A stretch of DNA of 64,000 nucleotides. It comes from Mobula hypostoma (Eukaryota). Where the stretch lies: positions 30,442,001 to 30,506,000 of the forward strand of contig NC_086123.1 in the NCBI RefSeq assembly GCF_963921235.1, read 5' to 3'. This document shows, one piece after another, positions 53,605 through 64,000 of this stretch; position 1 is the first letter of the stretch; each line of letters begins with the position of its first letter. The translations under genes and the position numbers were made by a program. The notes below the pieces were generated by a model, which worked only from the letters and a program-made list of their open reading frames with translations, made no database searches and was not told the DNA's origin.

Positions 53605-53916
53605 GCTTTAAAATTACTGCGAATAAATTTGATGCACCTTCAATAACTCCAAAAGACTGGAAGTAGGGTAAATACTGAAAGGCTTTTATTTGCAGTAAAA
53701 TGTAACCTCCAGCACGTTGAGTGTCTGCCCCTGGACTGAGGAAGAGGAGCAATGGCGAAATCGCCTTTATTCAGGGTTCTGTGGGAGGAGCCACAGGGGC
53801 AGTCAGCAGAGGGAAGCGTCCAGACAGGTAACCCAGTTACAACATATATATATATATATATATATATGGTTTACCACACCCCCTGTGGAGCTTGGGGAGG
53901 ACATACAAAGACTTAC

Positions 53917-54131
53917 ACATTCTGCCATAATTTCTACTACCACCAAACATATATACTCCTCTTTCGGCATTCCAGAGGAAACAATTGTTGCCTGCCCAGC
54001 AACTCCAGGCCAGTCCAGTTAGCTTCAGTTCAAGACTAATGGTCATCTGAAGGAAGAAGTGCCTCAAAGTATCTTTTGGTTTTATCAAGGCAAACCAGCA
54101 CTGAGTTTGTTACAAGCAAAATGTGCTTCAG
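53917..54131 (-). pseudogene. Decayed PDZ-like exon (ISLELKLTGLAWS...RGVYMF.GG...GRM)
   Basis: gtaagt donor at 53911-53916; order of motifs resembles PDZ strands bA, bB, bC. Acceptor tentative. Confidence 0.45.
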
Positions 54132-55199
54132 CTACACAATAGCATTTTTTGGTGAAATATTGAATGGATGATGGGGGTATGCATTTTGATGTTGTGTCCC
54201 TGGACTATAAGAAGGTTTTTGATTATAGCTATCCATCAGTTTTATCAGCAATGCTGAAGTATATGGCATAAAAAAGACATTAATAGCATTGATTACAAAG
54301 TTGCCTATGAAACAGACATAGATGGTCATGAATGGTTGTTTTCCAGATTGGAGGAAGGTGAATCATGTTTTCCAGACATTGTTGTTCCTGCTATTGCTGT
54401 TTTTGTCCTAGGTTAATAAATAGACATGGGCATACAAGCCCCAGTTCCCAAATTTGCGAATGACATAAAACTTTGCAATATCATGAACTGAGAAGAGGAT
54501 GGTGACAGATTACAGCAAGATAAAAAAGATACTTCCAGAAAGGGCTATATGAAATGTGATGCAATTTCACATAAACAATGAGCAGAGGCAACATAAAGTA
54601 AGGTAAGGTGTTTTAAAAGGAGAGCTGGAGGTACTGTATATGTACACATACCATTGAAATTAGCAGAGCAGTTTGAAAAAACAGTTAATAAGTCCTCACA
54701 TTTTGAGCTTTATCAACAGACATAGAGCCTAAAATCAGGGAAATTATATGAAATTTCATAAAACACTAAGTCACCTCAACTGGAATATTGTGATCAATTC
54801 TGATCACATGACATAAACAACATAAAAGATTTACCATTTGTACAGTGTCTTCAGTTATCTAGACACAATTTCTTACTGGTGTATTCAATATCACTTTTTT
54901 TTCTAAGTTTTGAATGTGTCAATGATTTGATCTGTATGAATAGCAGGTAAGACAAGCTTTTCACTGTATCTTGCTTGGAACATATGAAAATAATAAACCA
55001 ATAATTCCAATTCTAATTTTCTTTCAGAACATCAGTGTTTTAAAGCAATTGGTTCAAAATACAAATAGAACCAGAAATATCACTGAAATTGTAAACCCCA
55101 AGATTTAAAAAAGCTCAGCTCCTTTCGGAATGTTTTGGTAGGCTGCAATCATCACGAGAGGTTGCTCATTGCTGAGGCAGTGTAAGGTTTAAAAAGAGC

Positions 55200-55925
55200 T
55201 CAGGGTCTTTGCACTTTGGTTGAAGGAATAAAGGTGTAGACTATTTTCTAAATGGGGAGAAAATTCAAAAACAAAAGGTGCGAAGAGAATTGGGAGCCCT
55301 TGTGCATGATTCCCTAAAGATTAAGTTGCAGATTGGGCCAGTAGTGAGGAAGGCAAATGCAATGTTTGGAAGGACTAGAATATAAGAGGATGTGATGCTG
55401 AGGCTTTATGAGGCACTGGTATTGGAATTGGAGTAGGTCCAGAGGAGGTACACGAGAATGATTCCGAGAATGAAAGGCTTAACGTATGAGGAGCATCTGA
55501 TGGCTCTGGACCAGCAGTTTCTAAGAATGGGGGCCGGGGGGGGGGGTGGTGAGAATCTCACTGAAACCTACTGAATATTTTAACGCTTAGATACAGAGAA
55601 TATGGATTCCTTTAGTGGGTGAGTCTAGGAGCAGAGAACACAGCCTCAGAATTGAGGGACACCCATTTAAAACAGAGATGAGGAGGAATTTCTTTAGCCA
55701 GAGGGTGGTGAATCTGTGGAATTCATTGCTATGGATGGTTGTGAAGGCTAAGTCATTGAATATATTTAAAGCAGATGTTCTTGATTAGTCAGGATGTCAA
55801 AGGTTACAGGGAAAAGGCAGAAAAATGGCATTGAGAGGGATAATAAATCATCCATGATGGAATTGCTGAGCAGACTTGATAGGCCGAATGGCTTAATTCC
55901 GCTCCAACGTCTTATGGTCTTATGG
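55200..55925 (+). mobile_element. CR1 LINE 3' fragment
   Basis: RRNFFSQRVVNLWNSL motif; tcttatggtcttatgg tail. Confidence 0.82.
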
Positions 55926-56544
55926 TTATCACTGAAGTTGTTTTACAGTACAGAACAAATTAATAATGATTCTGCACAGACAGTGTAACATTTCAATCTC
56001 CATCACTATTGCATACATAAATAAACATGGGATTACTTCTTCTTGGAATATAATAACACTGACATGATAACTGGTGACGTCACATTAATGACAGTTCAAT
56101 GCATTAATGCATACACAGACTTTATAAATATCTCATTGGTAATGACAAGAGCTCACATTTGTTGTGTGTTTATAGGTGTCTTCTGCATCTAAAATATGTT
56201 TAGCAAGTAATGTTTTTTGAAATTTATAACATTAACAATCCATTCTTCTTGCCTTCAGTTTATTTTCCCATTTTGGTTCACAGCAGCATTTCACTAATAT
56301 GGATTTGCCTTGCATATAATATTGGCAGATTTTCAAGGTTACCCAGGAGAATAGCTCGCAGACCAGTCCATTGTTTAATTCACTCTGCATGATATCAAAA
56401 CACGGCTGACACTACTAGATGTGGTAAAGGCTATGAGACATGAAAACCCAAGTAACAATACACAAAAGATTTATATTCCAGAACAAAACATGTTTTTAGT
56501 TTTAATAAACTAGCAATCCATCTGACAATGCAGAGCTTTCCAAT

Positions 56545-58950
56545 CACCAACAAGAGAAAATCTGCAGATGCTTGAAATCCAAGGAACATGCACACAAAAT
56601 GCTGGAGGAACTCAGCAGGCCAGGCAGCATCTATGGAAAAGAGTACAGTCGACATTTTGGGCCAAGACTGGAGAATAAAAGATGAGCAGTAGGTTTAAAA
56701 GGTGGGGGAGGAGAGAGAGAAAAAAAACACTAGGTGAAAATGGGAAGGGGAGGGATAAAGTAAAGAGTTGGGAAGTTGATTGGTGAAAGAGATACGGGAC
56801 TGAAGAAGGGGGAGTCTGATAGAAGAGGACAGAAGGTCATGCAAGAAAGAAAAGGGGTGAGAGTACCAGAGGGAGGGGATGGGTGGGCAAGGAGATAAGG
56901 TGAGAGAGGGGAAAGGGGATGGAGAATGGTGAAGGGGGGGGCATGGCCAGAAATTCAAAAAAATCGATGTTCATGCCATCAGGTTGAAGGCTACCCAGAC
57001 AGAATATAAAGTGTTGCTCTTGCAACCTGATTGTGGCCTCATCATGACAGTGGACAGTGGAGGAGGCCATGGATAGACACATCAGAATGGGAAAAAGAAG
57101 TGGAATTAAAATGGGTAGCCATTGGGAGATCCTGCTTTTTCTGACTGACGGAGCGTAAGTGCTCGGCGAAGTGGTCTCCCAACCTACATCGTGTCTCACT
57201 GATGTACAGGAGGCCACACTGGGAGCACCGGACACAGTATATAACCCCAACAGACTCACAGGTGAAGTGTTGCCTCACCTGGAAGGACTGTTTAGGGCCC
57301 TGAGTGTTAGTGATGTCATGGTCCGGCCCGTGAAGTCTGCAGTCCGGTTCACAGTCCGGTCTGTGGACTCAGGACTCTGGGTCTTCCAGCTGTCCCTTGT
57401 TTGAGTTAATCATAGGCACCTGATTCCCACCTTGGGGCTTGGAATATAAGTAGCCGTGGGGTTGAGTGTGAGCTGCTGGTTGTTTTGTCAAGATCCCCTG
57501 GGAGCAACCTGCCAGTGGAAGGCGAGAGCAGCCAATTGCCATCTTTAGGCCGCATTGGGGAACCATCCCCTCATGGAGCCTTGCTGTCAGTAGTCGAAAC
57601 TGTCTTTGCGGTATGGATTCGGCTGTTTCCCGGGCCAGCTGAGTGACTACCTGCTACTCTGAGCTAGGTAGGGATCTGGCTGTTTCCGTAGCCAGCTGAG
57701 GTTGCTGGCTGAACTGAGGCTTGGAGCTACCCCGGAGCAGAGATGGAACTGTCTGTCGTTCTTTGGTGTTGTCTCTTCTTGTCCTCGCCTCTGTGGGGTA
57801 AAACAGGCTGTTTTGCCGTTGCCCTGCAGGGGAATCTGTCTTGTCTTGTCCTCGCCTCTGTGGGGTAAGTGAGGCTGTTTTGCCATTGCCCTGCAGGGGG
57901 GGGGGCGGGGATCTGTCTTGTCTTGTCTTTGCCTCTGTTGGGTAAGTCCGGCCATTCTGCCGTTACCCAACAGGTGGACCTGTCCCACCTTGGTGTGGAG
58001 ATAAAGTTGAGTCCTGGCTTGTTTAAGGATAAGTCCCGGCTCTGTGTCCATGCACTGTCCAGTCTCGTGTTAGTGTCATGTTAACAATGAGTCCTGGTTT
58101 TTCGATGGATAAATCCCGGCTCTATGTTGATGTACAGTTCCCAGTCTGTCTCTGAGCTCCAGCCTCTGAGTTATCAGCCTCCGTATTCCAAGAGCCCAAG
58201 CCTCGAGGATCCCGCAGCCAAGCTCCAAGAGCCCAAGCCTCGAGGATCCCGCAGCCAAGCTCATGACCCAAGACCCCAGTCTCAAGAGCAAAGACCCCAG
58301 CCTGTCTCCAAGCTCAAGCCTCTAGGCCCCAGCCACGTCCCGTCCTGAAGCCATGTCATGTCCTTGCCTGGTTCTGGGGTCCGAGCCCGAGGCAAGACCC
58401 AGGGTCTGGGTCCTTGTCCAGTCTTAGGCTCGGAGTCGAAGCCTTGTCTCCTAGTCCATGGTTTCTAGTCCTGGTCCCGCTTTCCCTAGCCCAAGTCTGC
58501 GTTCTTGTCCCTGGTCCTGGTCTGAATCCTGTCACGTCCCTACTCTAGTCAAGTCCTGTTCCTTGTACTTCAGTGTCCGAGTCTCGCATTTGGGTCCGTT
58601 CTCAGCACCCGATTATGCCAAGTAAGAGAGGAGGAATAGGGGCAGGAGTAGCATTTGTTCTGCTTGCAAGGATAAGTACCAGGAGGGAGATCAGTGGGCA
58701 GTGGGGAGGAACAAATGGACAAGGGAGTCACATAGCCGGGGGGTGGGGGAGAGATGTGTTTGGTGGTGGGATCCCACTGGAGATGGCAGAGGTTTCGGAG
58801 AATTACATGCTAAACATAAAGGCTGGTGGGGTGGTAAGAAGATGGGGTGAGAGCAGATATGCGTGAAATGAAAGAGATACAGTTGAGGGCAGCATTGATA
58901 GTGGAGGAAGGGAAACCCATTTCTTTAAAGAAGAAGGACATCTCCTTCAG
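56545..58950 (-). mobile_element. Penelope-like element 3' part, split by a solo LTR
   Basis: QVRQHFTCESVGVIYCVRCSQCGLLYISET...LGSLQPDGMNIDF; continues after 58620. Confidence 0.85.
57314..58620 (+). mobile_element. Solo LTR (~1.3 kb, Sushi-like) with internal tandem repeats
   Basis: Starts tgtcatgg, tataag box near 57445, gcatttgggtcc U5 motif shared with the 19.7-23.5 kb element, ends tgcca; flanks agtga/agtaa (5-bp TSD, one mismatch). Confidence 0.8.
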
Positions 58951-59289
58951 TCTGGAAACTTTGCTCAGTTACCCTCAGAAACCAACAAAAATGATGGAAG
59001 GTGTCAATGATAATGTTATCAAGTATTAAATGCACATGAATAATCATATCATAATACTCAGTTTGAGTTTCACAAGAAACATTTTGCTCCAGCCATCATT
59101 ACTATCTACGGCTAAGCATTGATAAACAAACTGATTTTCAGAGGTGATGTTGAGTAAATGTCACTGGCATCAAGAAAGAATTTTACCAAGACACCCTGGT
59201 AAAATTTGAATCACTGGAAATCAAGGGATAAACTGGAAAATCGTTGGGACAATATTAAGCACAAATCAAGATTGTTGTGGTTGTTGAGG

Positions 59290-59845
59290 CTTTTCATTCC
59301 AGAATGAAGAGATGTCCTCCTTTTTCAAAGAAAGGGGCTTCCCTTCCTCCACATTCAACACTGCCCTCAACTGCATCTCTTTTATTTCACACAAGCCTGC
59401 TCTTCCACTATCTTCTCACCACCCTACCAGGGACAGGATTCCTCTTGTCCTCACCTACCACCCCACCAGCCTCTGTGTCCAGTACATAATTCTCCATAAC
59501 TTCCGCCATTTCCAGTGGGCTCCCCCCTTTTCTTTCTTCCATGGCCTTCTGTCCGCTCCTCAGACTCCCCCTTCTCAAGCCCTGCATCTTTCACCAATCA
59601 ACTTCCCAGCTCTTTACTTCATCCCTCCCCCTCCCGGCTTCACCTATCACTATGTATTTCACTCTCCCTTTCACCACCTATTAAATCTACTCCTCATCTT
59701 TTTTTTTCTCCAGTCCTGCTAAAGAGTCTAAGCCCCAAAACATCAACTATACTTTTTTGCATAGATTCTGCCTGGCCTGCTGAGTTCCTCCAGCATTTTG
59801 TGTGTGTTGCTTAGATTTTCAGCACCTGCGGATTTTCTGTTGTTT
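59290..59845 (+). mobile_element. Penelope-like element fragment
   Basis: MSSFFKERGFPSS...RDRIPLVLTYHP; gcctggcctgctgagttcctccagc terminus. Confidence 0.82.
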
Positions 59846-60351
59846 GTTGTGGTTCTTGTAAGTCATTTGTCTCACTTTGACTCAGGGCATTACTGGGGAA
59901 TACTAGTGTTTGAATGTAGTAATAATAGTAGTACTAATACTAGTAGCAGTAGTAGTAGTAGTGTGATCACATGAAGTGAGTAAGACGTTTTCCTAGGGGG
60001 TTATCTGATGGTGGGTCCTCAGGTGGCTACAGAGGCTGAACTGAGATCCACATATTCTGGTGCACTATGGTCATGAGTAAGTTGTAGCTGTGGTTAGTAG
60101 TTCAAATGTCGAACAGTAAAGCAACAGACCCTTGGCCCACAATATCTGTGCTGATCACAATACCTTTTAAATTGTACATCTAGCTGCACATGGTCTATAA
60201 CTCTCATTTCCCTGTCTGAACATGTGCGTGTCTCAATGGCACTTAAACATTACTGTTACATTTGCCTCCACTACCTCTCAGGTAGTGTGATCCAGGCTGC
60301 TACTACGCTTAGTGTGAAAAACTTGTCATATGAATCTTTAAACTTTACATT

Positions 60352-61826
60352 TAGACCATAAGACAAAGGAGCAGAAGTTGGCCATTCAGCCCATCGAGTC
60401 TGCTCCGTCATTTTATCATGAGCTGATCCATTCTCCCATTTAGTCCCACTCCCCCGCCTTCTCACCATAACCTTTGATGCCCTGGCTACTCAGATACCTA
60501 TCAATCTCTGCCTTAAATACACACAATGACTTGGCCTCCACTGCTGCCCGTGGCAACAAATTCCATAGACTCACCACCCCGACTAAAAAAATTTCTTCGC
60601 ATTTCTGTTCTGAATGGGCGCGCTTCAATCCTTAAGTCATGCCCTCTCGTACTGGACTCCCCCATCATGGGAAACAACTTGCCACATCCACATTGTCCAT
60701 GCCTTTCAACATTTGAAATGTTTCTATGAGGTCTCCCCTCATTCTTCTAAACTCCAAGGAATACAGTCCAAGAGCGGACAAACGTTCCTCATATGTTAAC
60801 CCTCTCATTCCCAGAAACATTCTAGTGAATCTTCTCTGTACCCTCTCCAATGTCAGCACATCCTTTCTTAAATAAGGAGACCAAAACTGCCCACAGTACT
60901 CCAAGTGAGGTCTCACCAGCGCCTTATAAAGCCTCAACATCACATCCCTGCTCCTATACTCTATTCTTCTAGAAATGAATGCCAACATTGCACTCACTTT
61001 CTTCACCACCGACTTAATCTGGAGGTTAACCTTAAGGGTATCCTGTACGAGGACTCTGAAGTCTCGTTGCATCTCAGAACTTTGAATTCTTTCCCTATTT
61101 AAATAATAATCTGCCAGTTTATTTCTTCTGCCAAAGTGCATAACCATATACTTTCCAACATTGTACTTCATTTGCCACTTCTTTGCCCATTCTTCCAATC
61201 TATCCAAGTCTCTCTGCAGACTTTCCGTTTCCTCAGCACTACCGGCCCCTCCACCTATCTTCATATCGTCAGCAAACTTAGCCACAAAGCCATCTATCCC
61301 ATAATCCAAATTGTTGAGGTACAATGTAAAAAGAAGCAGCCCCAACACGGAGCCCTGTGGAACACCACTGGTAACCGGCAGCCAACCAGAATAGGATCCC
61401 TTTATTCCCACTCTCTGCTTCCTGCCAATCAGCCAACGCTCTATCCATGTATGTAACTTCCCCGTAATTCCATGGGCTCTTATCTTGTTAAGCAGCCTCG
61501 TGTGGCACCTTGTCAAAGGCCTTCTGAAAATCCAAATATACAACATCCACTGCATCTCCCTTGTCTAGCCTACTGGTAATTTCCTCAAAAAATTGTAATA
61601 GGTTTGTCAGGCAGGATTTTCCTTTAAGGAATCCATGCTGAGTTCTGCCTATCTTGTCATATGCCTCCAGGTACTCTGTAACCTCATCCTTGACAATCGA
61701 CTCCAACAACTTCCCAACCACTGATGTCAAGCTAACAGGTCTATAATTTCCTTTTTGCTTCCTTGCCCCCTTCTTAAATACTGGAGTGACATTTGCAATC
61801 TTCCAGTCCTCCGGAACCATGCCCGA
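60352..61826 (-). mobile_element. CR1 LINE (RT to 3' end) nested in an older CR1 (~60115-62464)
   Basis: PEDWKIANVTPVFKKG, YRPVSLTS, LDFQKAFDKVPH, GVPQGSVLG, KFADD, YKALVRPHLEYC. Confidence 0.92.
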
Positions 61827-62464
61827 ATTTCTCTCACCTTAAAGCTATGTTCTCTAGTAGTTGACATTTCCATCCCAGGAAAAAGACTTCTCCTATATAT
61901 CTACCCTGTATATTCCTCTCAAGTTTATATACTTCAAATAGATTGCCCCTCAGCCTCCAACACTCCAGAGGAAATTACCCATTTGTCCAACTTCTCCTTA
62001 CAGTTAATCCTTTCTAATCAAGGAAATAAGTTGGAGAACCTCTTCTGCCCACTCCAAAGTCTCCATATACTTCCTGAAATGCCGTGACCAGAACTGTGTA
62101 CAATCCTTCAAATACGGCCTAGCACAATTTTTATACAACTGCAATATGACTTCCTATCTTTTATACTCAGCACTTAGATGTACGAAGACAAGTACGCTAT
62201 ATGCCTTCTTTATCACTCTATCTTCTTGCGTTGCCATTTTCAGGAAGCTATAGACTTACGTCCCAAGATCTCCCTTTACATTAATGTTCACAAGGGTCAT
62301 GCCATTTACTGAATATGCTCCTCTCACATTTGACATCCCAAAGTGAAACATTTCACACTTGTCTATATTAAACTCCATGTGCCATTTCTCAGCCCACATT
62401 TCTAATTGGTCTATATCCTGTTGAATCATTTGTCAACCTTCCTCACTATCCACAGCTCCACTAA

Positions 62465-64000
62465 TTTTTTTAAATATAATTTTTATTGAGTTTTCAAAGT
62501 GAATACATGAAAATATAAAGTCTACCCTCACCCCTCCCCTTAACCCTTCCCCCCGATATATACTCCTACCTGAAAAAAAAAGAAAGAAAGAAGAAAAAAA
62601 GAAAAAACTGCCTGGATATTGGAAGGTTCCCACATGCTCCATGGGATTCAAAATAAATTTAGTATATGTATTTATTACTTTCCCCAAGGGACCAAGGTCT
62701 TTATCATCGGAGTAACTAAATATGCCATCCTATTTTTTGTAAATAAGGGCGCCAAATATTCAAAAATGTTTCATATTTATCTCTTAAATTATAAGTAATT
62801 TTTTCGAGTGGAATAGAACTAGCCATTTCATTGTTCCAACGATTCATACTTAAATACGAATCTGATTTCCAAGTAACTGCTATAGCCTTCTTTGCTACAG
62901 CAATGCAATTTTTATGAATTCTTTGCGATATTTATTCAATTTAAGTTTCGGTTTTATCCCTTCAATATCACCTAATAGAAATAATACAGGGTTATGTGGA
63001 AGTTGAGTTCCAGTAATTTGTTACACCGAAAGCATTGATCAGATAAATTTGAATTTAATCTGTTTATTTTTTGTGGTGTAATATATAACTGGTGTAAAAA
63101 ATTATATTGTACTACTCTAAGTCGAACGTTTATTGTATTTGTCATACTGTCAAGACACAGTCTTGACCAATTTGTTTCATCAATATTAATATTCAGATCC
63201 ATTTCCTATTTTTGTTTTGACTTGTGGATTCCTTGTTTAATTGACTGTTTTTGAATCAAATTATACATACAAGAAATAATTTTTTAAATTTTTCCTTTTT
63301 GAATTAAAATTTCAATTTCATTGGGTTTTGGCAAAAACACTGTTTGACCCAGTTTGCCTTTTAAGTAAGCCCTTAATTGAAGGTAACAAAAGAAAGTGTT
63401 ATTTGATATTTTATATTTATTCTTTAGTTGTTCAAATGACATCAATATACCTCGTTCATAACAGTCTCCTATAGATCTAATCCCTTTTTGGTACCAATTA
63501 TATAAAAGTTGATTATCTATTGTAAAAGGAATAAGTCTGTTTTGGAAAAAAGATCTCCTTGCTAATAAAGATTTCTTTATTTCATTATCAACATTTATCT
63601 TATTCCATAGATCAACCAAATGTTTTAATATAGGAGATTTTTTTCTTTTCCCGTATCCATTTAGATTCCCATTTATATATAAAATCTTCAGGTATATTTT
63701 CTCCTATCTTGTCTAATTCTATTCTAATCCATGCCGGTTTTCGATCATCAAAGAAAGATGCAATAAATCTAAGCTGATTTGCTTTATAATAATTCTTAAA
63801 ATTTGGAAGTTGTAACCCTCCTAACCTAAATTTACATGTCAATTTTTCCAATGATATTCTTGGCATCTTACCTTTCCAAAGGAATTTTCTCATACATTTA
63901 TTTAACTCTTGAAAAAATTTCTGTGGCAATTGTATTGGTAATGTTTGAAACAAATTCTGTAATCTAGGAAATATATTCATTTTTACAACATTGACTCTAC
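62465..64000 (-). mobile_element. L1/Tx1-type LINE 3' portion (runs off the window)
   Basis: MNIFPRL..LFQTLP...FLWKGK.PRI...GGLQLPNFKNYY; QYNFLHQLY...CFRC; T-rich tail at ~62465-62490. Confidence 0.9.

Larger units (their letters stand above)
49350..53878 (-). mobile_element. Near-complete Gypsy LTR retrotransposon (Mag-like double-CCHC gag, no chromodomain or env), a few stops and frameshifts
   Basis: LTRs 53630-53878 (TG...CA) and 49350-49587, differing by roughly a dozen substitutions plus (TA)n length; PPT AAAAAAAGGAGGGGTGAA at 49588-49605; flanking cccc TSD; gag-PR-RT-RH-IN order. Confidence 0.96.
2157..56420 (-). pseudogene. Decayed multi-exon gene: multiple PDZ-like modules, TQT motifs, coiled-coil-like and RA-like regions (identity unresolved)
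   Basis: Many minus-strand segments bounded by polypyrimidine-AG and GT donors, with domain-like translations, in-frame stops, frameshifts and an L1 inside one exon. Extent approximate; may continue beyond both ends. Confidence 0.6.

Noticed and set aside
49350-53878. Endogenous retrovirus
   Set aside because: No env, only ~200 bp between integrase and the PPT, and Gypsy-type RT and Gag motifs.
34270-56420. Naming the PDZ remnants as MPDZ or PATJ
   Set aside because: Only generic PDZ motifs are visible, and the downstream TQT and RA-like exons do not fit those genes.
57770-58300. CRISPR-like array or repeat protein ORF (58124-58348)
   Set aside because: Direct tandem repeats without unique spacers, inside a vertebrate solo LTR.

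Overview
Eukaryotic, AT-rich, repeat-dominated vertebrate DNA. The repeat mix (L1/Tx1-type, CR1, Rex1/Babar, RTE and Penelope-like retroelements, tRNA-derived SINEs, Gypsy LTR elements) suggests a cartilaginous fish, probably a ray (inference). I found no intact host gene. Scattered minus-strand exons with GT-AG boundaries appear to be the remains of one large dead gene. In transcript order it has several PDZ-like modules, three small symmetric exons each encoding a TQT (LC8-type) motif, a coiled-coil-like exon and two RA-like exons. Its 3' part lies in a ~7.6-kb tandem duplication (two full copies plus one partial, 1-17412). Two Gypsy elements lack a tRNA primer-binding site. One is a decayed Sushi-type chromovirus (19.7-23.5 kb) with Tf1-style self-complementarity. 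The other is a near-complete non-chromoviral element (49350-53878) whose leader pairs with the AATAAA region of its own LTR and whose RT has YLDN in place of YxDD. All calls were made by eye; coordinates of decayed repeats are approximate.
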